From NCBI GenBank assembly GCA_038064835.1, contig JBBTSD010000011.1, positions 1,320 through 65,319 on the forward strand: a stretch of DNA of 64,000 nt, given 5' to 3'. The notes beneath the pieces are model-generated. The model worked only from the letters and a program-made list of their open reading frames with translations. It had not been told where the DNA came from and made no database searches. Position 1 is the stretch's first letter. Each line of letters opens with the position of its first letter. This DNA is from Patescibacteria group bacterium. Its GTDB lineage: Bacteria; Patescibacteriota; Minisyncoccia; Phycocordibacterales; UBA2100. Below, in pieces: positions 57,028 through 64,000 of the stretch. Made by a program: the position numbers and the translations under genes.

Positions 57028-58305
57028 ATGGCAGATGAAATACAAAAAGAAGCCCACGAGCACGACCACAAAAAACTGGGTCGCGAGCTTGATTTGTTTT
57101 ACATAGACGACATGGTCGGCAAAGGCCTCCCCCTCTTTACTCACAAAGGTGCTACGATTCGCCGCGAGCTCGAGCGATTCATTGTGGACGAGGAAATTAA
57201 GCGTGGGTATCTCCATGTAAACACTCCCGATATCGCCAAGCTTGAGCTATACGAAAAATCGGGCCACTATCCGCACTACAAAGATTCGATGTACGCACCG
57301 ATTGAAATAGACGACGAGAAATTCATGTTGCGCCCGATGACCTGTCCGCACCACTTCCGCCTATATCAATCTCGTCCGCATAGCTACCGGGAATTGCCCA
57401 TGCGTATCGCCGAGCTTGCGCAATTGTATCGCTATGAACAATCCGGCGAGCTGATGGGTTTGCAACGGGTGCGTACTTTTTGCCTCGCAGACGCACACAT
57501 TATATGCGCAAGCGAAGAACAGGCTGTGTCCGAGGTGGGTCGTGCGCTTGACTTGATAGAATATATTTCTGGCGTGTTTGGACTCAAACTTGACGACCAT
57601 TATCGCTATCGCCTCTCGCTTGGCGATCGCACAAATATTGAAAAATATTATAAAAACGATGCCGCATGGGAGAAAGGCGAACGGCTCTTGCGCGAACATT
57701 TGAAAGGCCGTGGCTGTTCATTCTACGAGGGTGCTGGTGAGGCGGCTTTTTATGGACCAAAGATTGATGTGCAGATGAAAAATGTGAATGGCAAAGAAGA
57801 CACGGCGTTTACCGTGCAATACGATTTCTGCATGCCGGATAGATTCGAGCTCGATTACACCGGCGAGGACGGCACAAAGAAGCGTGCATTCGTGGTACAT
57901 CGCTCATCGATCGGTGCCGTCGAACGAATCATGGCATTCCTCATCGAACACTATGGCGGCGCCTTCCCCACATGGCTTGCACCCACGCAGGTCGCACTCC
58001 TTCCTATATCGGAATCTCAGGCGGACTATGCCGAAGAAATTCGCACAACACTCGCGGGCGTTCGCATCCGTGTCGAAGTTTTTGCAGATGATTCTTTGGG
58101 TAAACGCATCCGTAATGCGAAGATGCAAAAGATTCCGTATGTACTGGTGATTGGTGACAAGGAGAAAACTGCTCGTGCAGTGTCGGTGGAAAATCGCTCT
58201 GGCTCTGTCGGTCCAATGCCGTTTGCTGATTTTCTAAACACGATAAAAGAAGAGATATCCACACGAGCACTCACTTCGTCGTTGCAGGCAACAAAAAAAG
58301 TGTAA
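57028..58305 (+). CDS. thrS: Threonine--tRNA ligase (lacks N-terminal TGS/editing domains)
   Basis: DHKKLGRELDLF start, RPMTCPHH, YRYEQSGEL.GL.RVR, AFYGPKID, ER....LIEHY.GAFP.WLAP.Q. Confidence 0.96.
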   Translation: MADEIQKEAHEHDHKKLGRELDLFYIDDMVGKGLPLFTHKGATIRRELERFIVDEEIKRGYLHVNTPDIAKLELYEKSGHYPHYKDSMYAPIEIDDEKFMLRPMTCPHHFRLYQSRPHSYRELPMRIAELAQLYRYEQSGELMGLQRVRTFCLADAHIICASEEQAVSEVGRALDLIEYISGVFGLKLDDHYRYRLSLGDRTNIEKYYKNDAAWEKGERLLREHLKGRGCSFYEGAGEAAFYGPKIDVQMKNVNGKEDTAFTVQYDFCMPDRFELDYTGEDGTKKRAFVVHRSSIGAVERIMAFLIEHYGGAFPTWLAPTQVALLPISESQADYAEEIRTTLAGVRIRVEVFADDSLGKRIRNAKMQKIPYVLVIGDKEKTARAVSVENRSGSVGPMPFADFLNTIKEEISTRALTSSLQATKKV

Positions 58306-58320
58306 ACTCCATCCCTGACA

Positions 58321-58482
58321 TGAGGTGTTCCGGAGGGAACACCTCACTGTTCTTCGTGGTTACAGTTAGCATCAGCCTTCGGGCAGATGCTTGCAGATAG
58401 CGTCTGTGAATCCGGTGGGCTCTCTCGAGAGTTTCCGGACACAGACAACACAAAACCTCGCATCGCGGGGTTTTGTGTTTTT
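58321..58482. ncRNA. Candidate structured RNA (four hairpins plus terminator)
   Basis: Stems at 58321-58346, 58346-58366, 58368-58391 (cUUCGg loop on +) and 58402-58446, then a terminator hairpin at 58447-58482. Confidence 0.45.
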
Positions 58483-58530
58483 CCATTTTGGAGACTCGCA
58501 CCCGTCCAGTGTGAATTCTTCCGAATCCCG

Positions 58531-60714
58531 TTAGTTGCGAGTGATGACCAATCGTGGCATCTCTCCTGCGCGGGTCTCGAGCACCATTGTGTCCTTGCTT
58601 GAAGCAAACGCTTCAGCGCGAGGAACAAAAGCTGGTGCCTCTTCCCGCTTTTTCTCAACGACAATCGGCTCAGGAGCAACCGGAGTTGGCTCCTTCGCGA
58701 TGATAACTTCGTTGAGAATCATAGCTTCTGGCTGTACTGATGCAGGTGCATAACGCATCTGGCGAGTACCGCCAAACATACTTGCAACACCACCGCGGTA
58801 ATGCGTAATCAGGTAGGCTGCGCCAAATGCCCATACCACCATACCAAGCCAGTAGATCATGCTGCCGATAGGGCCTGCATCGAATCCGGTGTATGGAATG
58901 CTGGTAAGCGAGACATACGGACTGCCAGTAACCGTGAGGTTTGTGTAACAATTCTGGCTACGACCGGTATTGTCATACACGGTGAGCACATAGTTACGCG
59001 AGCGTTCGGGACGCACCGACAATGTACCGCTTGGATACACTGCACCCAAACCATCAGAGAGCACTGCACGAGTCGCGCCATACGAACTCCACGATAAGAG
59101 TGACGATGCGCCATTCTGAATTGTCGATGGAGTCGCAATCAGCGTACACGAGAGTGCACCTGCACTGCCGACATACACAGTGGTCGAACAAGTATTCGAT
59201 CCGCCGTTGCTATACACCGTCATGGTGTAGGTCGTGGTGTATCCTGGATAGATTGCTTGATTGCCATTAACCGGGACCGAGCCAATAGCACTGATGCTTG
59301 CCGACATGGCATTGCTAGAGCTCCAGTTCAATGAAGAGTACTGGTTGCTCGAAACACTTGAAGGAGTTGCATAGATGCTACAGGTCGGCGCCGTTACTGG
59401 AATCGGTGTCGAGTAGACGCCGACGGTGGTCGAACAGGTATTACTGCCGCCACTTCCAGTAACAGTGAGTGTATAGGTACGAGTCGTGTAGAGGCCCGTG
59501 ATGACCCGAGAGCCATTAAGGGTCACTGAACCGTACTCGCTCAAGCTTGCAGTGTTTGCATTGTACGAACTCCAACTGAGTGTCGTGTTGCCGTTTTGCT
59601 GAAGTGAGCTTGGGTTTGCGGTAATCGTACAGCTAGGGATTTGTGTTTGTGTGTAGACAACCACCGAGCAATCACGCGTACCGCCTTGGCCATTCACCGT
59701 GAGGGTGTAAGTTCGGTTGCCAACAAGCCCGTTCACATAGCGTGAACCGCTGGTCGATACTGCGCCGTATCCCGAGAGGGATGCCGAGCTTGCTGCAGTC
59801 GAACTCCATGAGAGTGTGACCGAGCCGTTCTGCGCATATGTATTCGATGCGTAGATTGTACAGGTAGGAGCAGGAATGAATGGGTTGAAGGTGTTCACGA
59901 CATACTGTCCGCCACCGGTGACCTGGTAGACCATAGTCTTGCCAGTTGACGAACCGCCGCTATAGGAAGATCCGCCACTGTAAGAACTCCCACCATACGA
60001 ATAGCCACCGCCGGTAGTGGCCGGAGTCGATGCTGTGTAGGTTGGCGTTGCGTAGTCAGTGTAGGTGCGATCTGGCGTGAAGTGGTCGGTGTACTGGCGA
60101 TCAGGAGTAAAGTACTCCGTATATGGCCTGTCTGGAGTGAAGTAGTCGGTGTATGGCTGATCAAACGCATACAAAGACGAACCGGAATCGAACGCATACA
60201 ACGAAGAATCACTTCCGATGTTGTGAATGGTCGAACCGGAATCAAATCCGTAGAGGGATGAACCGCCATCGAACGCATACAACGAGGAATCGCTTCCAAA
60301 GTTGTGAATGGTCGAACCGGAATCAAATCCGTACAGAGATGAGCCACTGCCAAAACCGTAGAGGGATGAGCTTTCTCCAAACCCGTAAAAGAGTGAGGAG
60401 TCATCACTCATGCCATACAACGAAGACCCGTCGTTGAATCCGTAAAGTGAAGAGTCGCCTCCACCAAATGGGTAGAATGTTGAATCGCCGCCACCAAAAG
60501 GATAGAGCGAGGAATCACCGCCGCCATCGAATCCGTAGAACGAGGAATCACCTCCGCCAAATCCGTAGAACGACGAATCTCCGCAACACGCATCATCAAG
60601 ATATGCATGCGCTGAAGCAGGAAGACCTGCCGCAGTGAGGCTCGCGAGCACGAACATCGACGCGCTCAAGAACGCAACCATCTTTGTTTTCTGTGTGCTG
60701 GTAATAAAACTCAT
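58531..60714 (-). CDS. Cell-surface protein: aromatic Gly/Ser repeats, 4 Ig-like domains, IPYTG + TM anchor
   Basis: Signal peptide; 15 SS(L/F)Y(G/A/P)F-type repeats; 4 YT(D/E)YFTPDR-type repeats; four xxC(T/S)I.A...L.WSS...Y.(L/M)TV...C domains; IPYTG, TM, cytoplasmic tail. Confidence 0.88.
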   Translation of the reverse strand: MSFITSTQKTKMVAFLSASMFVLASLTAAGLPASAHAYLDDACCGDSSFYGFGGGDSSFYGFDGGGDSSLYPFGGGDSTFYPFGGGDSSLYGFNDGSSLYGMSDDSSLFYGFGESSSLYGFGSGSSLYGFDSGSTIHNFGSDSSLYAFDGGSSLYGFDSGSTIHNIGSDSSLYAFDSGSSLYAFDQPYTDYFTPDRPYTEYFTPDRQYTDHFTPDRTYTDYATPTYTASTPATTGGGYSYGGSSYSGGSSYSGGSSTGKTMVYQVTGGGQYVVNTFNPFIPAPTCTIYASNTYAQNGSVTLSWSSTAASSASLSGYGAVSTSGSRYVNGLVGNRTYTLTVNGQGGTRDCSVVVYTQTQIPSCTITANPSSLQQNGNTTLSWSSYNANTASLSEYGSVTLNGSRVITGLYTTRTYTLTVTGSGGSNTCSTTVGVYSTPIPVTAPTCSIYATPSSVSSNQYSSLNWSSSNAMSASISAIGSVPVNGNQAIYPGYTTTYTMTVYSNGGSNTCSTTVYVGSAGALSCTLIATPSTIQNGASSLLSWSSYGATRAVLSDGLGAVYPSGTLSVRPERSRNYVLTVYDNTGRSQNCYTNLTVTGSPYVSLTSIPYTGFDAGPIGSMIYWLGMVVWAFGAAYLITHYRGGVASMFGGTRQMRYAPASVQPEAMILNEVIIAKEPTPVAPEPIVVEKKREEAPAFVPRAEAFASSKDTMVLETRAGEMPRLVITRN

Positions 60715-60889
60715 ATATGTGTAATTAACGCGTTTGTAACCCATTCACTAGTAAGGCGTCTATTATATAACGAATCATACCCCTGTGTCAAGGAGCTTTG
60801 GTGGGAAGGAGCCTGGTGTCTTTTTTGAGACCAGTATGCAAAAAGACGGGGGATGAATCCCCCGTCTTGCTTTTCTGTATCTCTGCGAC

Positions 60890-61336
60890 TCAATCCACTG
60901 GGCACTGAAGCCCCGGAAAGAGGCAGACTGGATTGTCTTCGGGCGTTCTCCCGAGTCTCAGATGGTCGTCGACCTCCTGTTCCTCGAATCGCGCACCGAT
61001 TTGTCCGGATTCATTGCACACCCGGACGAAACCGCCCTGGTCGCGAACCTTCTCGAACCAATGCCGGCCGAGACAGATCACGCCAGCGGTGCCGAGCGAG
61101 CGAGCGTGCAGATCTGGTTCACCGGCCCCAGTGACCCGCCAGTAACTGCCATCCTCTTTCACAAGGTGAACAACTACTTTGCCCGGCTGGGGCTGGCGAA
61201 CATGAATGCAGACCAGTGGGCCCGCGTACGCAACGGGACCTTTCGGCCGCGCCGCGCAATGCACCCCGCAGTCCTGCGCACTGACGCTGGTGGCGTCAAA
61301 GAACAGAACCGCGATCAGAAGCAGTAGTCGCTTCAT
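60890..61336 (-). CDS. Small secreted Cys-containing protein
   Basis: Signal peptide MKRLLLLIAV..SVSAQ; multiple Cys; SD GAGGAG. Confidence 0.7.
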   Translation of the reverse strand: MKRLLLLIAVLFFDATSVSAQDCGVHCAARPKGPVAYAGPLVCIHVRQPQPGKVVVHLVKEDGSYWRVTGAGEPDLHARSLGTAGVICLGRHWFEKVRDQGGFVRVCNESGQIGARFEEQEVDDHLRLGRTPEDNPVCLFPGLQCPVD

Positions 61337-61416
61337 TTTTCTCTCCTCAGTGTGGGTTCAGGTAAGAAAGGAGGCGGTCGCTTGCGCGCCCGCCTCCCAA
61401 TAGTCTCACCACCGCA

Positions 61417-61821
61417 TCACCGGCAGAAGCCGCGATGGCATGCCTGGATGGCGGCCACGGCCTCGGCGACCGAAGCTGCATAGCTCCCGTTGAGGGGCCA
61501 CTGGCCTCGGCAGACCGCGCCGCTCAGTCGAATCCCCCGACTCCGGAGCCCGTGAGGATTCGTTTGCATTTGGACTGCAAACGCGAACTGCTGAGCGTCG
61601 AAGTCCCCGTCATCAGCAATGTCCCGCTGTTGCGGCAGTCCGAGCGCCGCGAGGCACTGAATTGCCACGTCGACAGGATCCATGCGGTTGGGAACCGGTG
61701 GAGCCTTGGCGACGGCTCTGGGGGCCGGTGCGGGGGCGTACGGAGGCGGGCCGCTCTGCGCGAACGCAGAGCCGGTGCTGATGGTGAGGGCAGTCAAGGC
61801 AGTCGCGATGATTTTCATCAT
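61417..61821 (-). CDS. Small secreted Pro-rich protein
   Basis: MMKIIATAL..SAFAQ signal, Pro-rich linker, Cys residues. Confidence 0.7.
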   Translation of the reverse strand: MMKIIATALTALTISTGSAFAQSGPPPYAPAPAPRAVAKAPPVPNRMDPVDVAIQCLAALGLPQQRDIADDGDFDAQQFAFAVQMQTNPHGLRSRGIRLSGAVCRGQWPLNGSYAASVAEAVAAIQACHRGFCR

Positions 61822-61963
61822 GGCGGGTAGTCCCTTTCTGTGGTTTTGAAGATCAGTTGGCTCAGACCGAAATCTGAGCTCTGGCAGCATGATAGCATCT
61901 TTGTTGTATAAAGTCAAGGGCCGGCAATTTCTTGCCGGCCCCCATTTCGTCAGTCTCCCCTCC

Positions 61964-61994
61964 CCCATGTTCGACTTACGAAGTCGAACATGGG
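61964..61994. repeat. REP type 2 palindrome, distant inverted variant
   Basis: CCCATGTTCGACTT-ACG-AAGTCGAACATGGG; compensatory G-C to C-G change relative to the 29.5-30.3 kb copies. Confidence 0.85.
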
Positions 61995-62009
61995 CTTGGG
62001 AACGGAACT

Positions 62010-62420
62010 TCACCGCACCTTGTACATCCAGGTGCAGGTGTCCTCGTCGAGCAGTGCGTCCTCGGGGATGTGCCGAGGCCGAGCGCCACACTTGGCCGCC
62101 GGAGCGGGAAGCGGGGCAACGGCTGCAGGCGGAGGCGCGCGTTTCAGCGCGGGCTCACCAAGGCCGGGAAGCATCTCCTCGCCTCCTTTCAGAGAGGCTG
62201 GGGCGATGACATCGCCTCGAAGAGCCGACGGAGCCCTCGGCGTCGAACTGCTTCCTCCGAAGAGAAAGTAGCCAACGAAAAGGGTCACGATGACCGCAAA
62301 GAGCACGGCACCCCACATACGGGTCTGATGGTCGCCCTTAGACATGTGGGTGACCGCCGGACGAGCGGCGGGGCGGGGCGGAGGCAATGGCCCGGGGCCA
62401 GGGTTGTTTGTTCCGTTCAT
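62010..62420 (-). CDS. Small Pro-rich single-TM protein
   Basis: TM MWGAVLFAVIVTLFVGYFLF; C-terminal Cys pair. Confidence 0.6.
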   Translation of the reverse strand: MNGTNNPGPGPLPPPRPAARPAVTHMSKGDHQTRMWGAVLFAVIVTLFVGYFLFGGSSSTPRAPSALRGDVIAPASLKGGEEMLPGLGEPALKRAPPPAAVAPLPAPAAKCGARPRHIPEDALLDEDTCTWMYKVR

Positions 62421-62534
62421 TTCTTCAACCATCCTTTCGTATGCCGCCACGCGCGGCGAGTTTATCGGGCCCATTCGATGTCCTTTCGAAATGGGGTGGG
62501 CCTGCGTTGTGTCGCAGGCTCCACGGGTTGGGAA

Positions 62535-63011
62535 TCAGTGGTACTGTCGGGTAACGCACCCGCCAGGAACACGGACTCCGGGTGGCGGACAGGGCGCTTC
62601 CTCAACGCCATGTCGCGCGCAACGGCCACCCTCCAGGTTGAATCCTGGCGGACACGCCGGCGCGGTTGCTCGCCCCGGACCGGGGTGGGCACGCCGATAG
62701 TCTGGCACCTCCCCATATCCTGATCCTGGACCACGCACCGCACCGTTACCAGTGTAGAGCGGGGCCGGCGGACCTGGGGGCGGAGCATAGACCGGCGACG
62801 GATTGTAGAGTGCCGCCGGAGCCGTCTGGCTCGTCGAAGCACCGAAAAGACGCGAGTGAAGCTGACAGCCCCATCCGTCCCTCAGGCGCCCATCGCCAGA
62901 CGAGGTGGCTCTGCAAAACTCGCCGAGAACCGAACCTACCACCAGGTGATAGATCAGGAACGCGCCGAGAATCCAGAGCCCCGCCTTAACGAGCGGGTGA
63001 TCCCATTTCAT
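62535..63011 (-). CDS. Small Pro/Gly/Cys-rich membrane-anchored protein
   Basis: SD AAGGAGG, TM, CPPGF....GRC and CPPPG...GGC motifs. Confidence 0.65.
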   Translation of the reverse strand: MKWDHPLVKAGLWILGAFLIYHLVVGSVLGEFCRATSSGDGRLRDGWGCQLHSRLFGASTSQTAPAALYNPSPVYAPPPGPPAPLYTGNGAVRGPGSGYGEVPDYRRAHPGPGRATAPACPPGFNLEGGRCARHGVEEAPCPPPGVRVPGGCVTRQYH

Positions 63012-63305
63012 CGTCACCTCCTTGGCGCATTGCGCGCCCTGGTTTAAAGACCTTAGTTTGGCACAGACCGAAATCCGTGCTCTTCCAGTATTATACACCC
63101 AAGAAAGCTGTTTGTCAAACTTTCCACTTGTACAATATCTTACCACCACTCCTCAGCGGCACGCGCCTCGCCCAGCAGGCTCGGCGCTCAGTCCTCGACA
63201 CTTTTCCTGTCTACGCAGGACCATGCAAAAGTGTCTGCGGAGTCCGCTTTGGAGTGGCGGTAAGATGCATGACAGCAATCACTCTCAACAAGAAAAACGC
63301 CAAGC

Positions 63306-63746
63306 TCAGGAGCTTGGCGTCTTGCGGTACACGAAATTTTCGAAAGCAATACAGGGCCCGGTAATTGACGCCGTCGTGGTAGACGGATCGATGATTGCCG
63401 TACCGCAGTAATTCGAGATCGGGTCATAGTGCCCGATGGCGAGCTTCTGTCGTGGAAGCACCACTGCAAATCCAGGTTTGTCCCAGACATACACAGTGAG
63501 TTTGTTGGGGGCGAACACCTTGGCGTCAGGATTGCACTCGCGAAGCATTGCTTCACTAAGACCGGGTGCACCCACCGTCATCCAATAGCCAGTTCCCCGG
63601 CGATCAGTACGAAGATTCGGATGCGATACAGTCAACGAGAAGCACTTCTTCTCGTCGATTTTAGTCGGCGCGCTTTTTACCATTTGCGCGTGTGCGCTGA
63701 CACTCAAAAGTACCAGCACGAAAAGGGCGTAGATTCCCCTTCCCAT
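63306..63746 (-). CDS. Small secreted protein
   Basis: SD GAGGAG, signal peptide ending SAHAQ, four Cys. Confidence 0.7.
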   Translation of the reverse strand: MGRGIYALFVLVLLSVSAHAQMVKSAPTKIDEKKCFSLTVSHPNLRTDRRGTGYWMTVGAPGLSEAMLRECNPDAKVFAPNKLTVYVWDKPGFAVVLPRQKLAIGHYDPISNYCGTAIIDPSTTTASITGPCIAFENFVYRKTPSS

Positions 63747-64000
63747 GACAAACTCCTCTCGGGTTGCTTGGCTGCTTCTGGAGTAACTATGCCATGCCTG
63801 TATGTTTTGTCTATTGAAGACGAGTGTGGTGATTGCGACATCCAAGCGCAAAGATGTATAAAAAATTGCAACCGTCGATCTTCAGCCGTCTCGGTACAAA
63901 ACGAGACCGCAGCACGAATGCCGCGGTCTTTCTTCTGTCATTTCTTCGTCGTGGTCTCAGGGAGTGTCGTAATCCGACCGCAGTTTCTTCTTGTACTCGC

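Noticed and set aside
60040-60580. Possible CRISPR array or DGR repeats
   Set aside because: The repeats are degenerate, in frame and codon-variable within a protein; there are no unique spacers, cas genes or reverse transcriptase.
1-64000. tRNA, rRNA or tmRNA genes, and alternative genetic code
   Set aside because: None were recognised by eye; conserved genes are uninterrupted under code 11 and several end in TGA.

Overview
Chromosomal segment of a reduced-genome bacterium, most likely a Patescibacteria/CPR (Parcubacteria-like) organism. This is inferred from the NusB-NUDIX fusion, short SMC, editing-domain-less ThrRS, gene order and pervasive leaderless gene starts. The housekeeping backbone comprises lemA, groES/EL, secG, a peptide-binding protein, rnj, mutY/nth/dinB, rnr, smc, rnc, nusB, rpmF, rnhB, dnaE and thrS. 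The most striking feature is a ~6.6 kb island (4090-10722) flanked by a 33-bp near-direct repeat. In it, six copies of one REP-like sequence and its HUH/RAYT-type transposase partition the DNA into cassettes. Two cassettes are 5'-truncated Rhs toxin/immunity modules, and one is cut exactly at the Rhs DPxG core/toxin boundary, suggesting a REP/RAYT-built polymorphic-toxin cassette array. Other highlights: a second RAYT-type gene carrying its own REP palindrome in frame inside the coding sequence; four co-oriented 161-bp ERIC-like hairpin elements; a long perfect inverted-repeat family; an 8.7-kb three-gene orphan operon between rnc and smc whose 1570-aa membrane protein contains a D5/P4-primase-type winged-helix-like domain; an IS481-family element with TIRs and a 5-bp target duplication; a candidate structured RNA after thrS; and a surface protein with aromatic Gly/Ser repeats, Ig-like domains and an IPYTG+TM anchor. 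All family calls were made by eye from motifs; no database searches were run.
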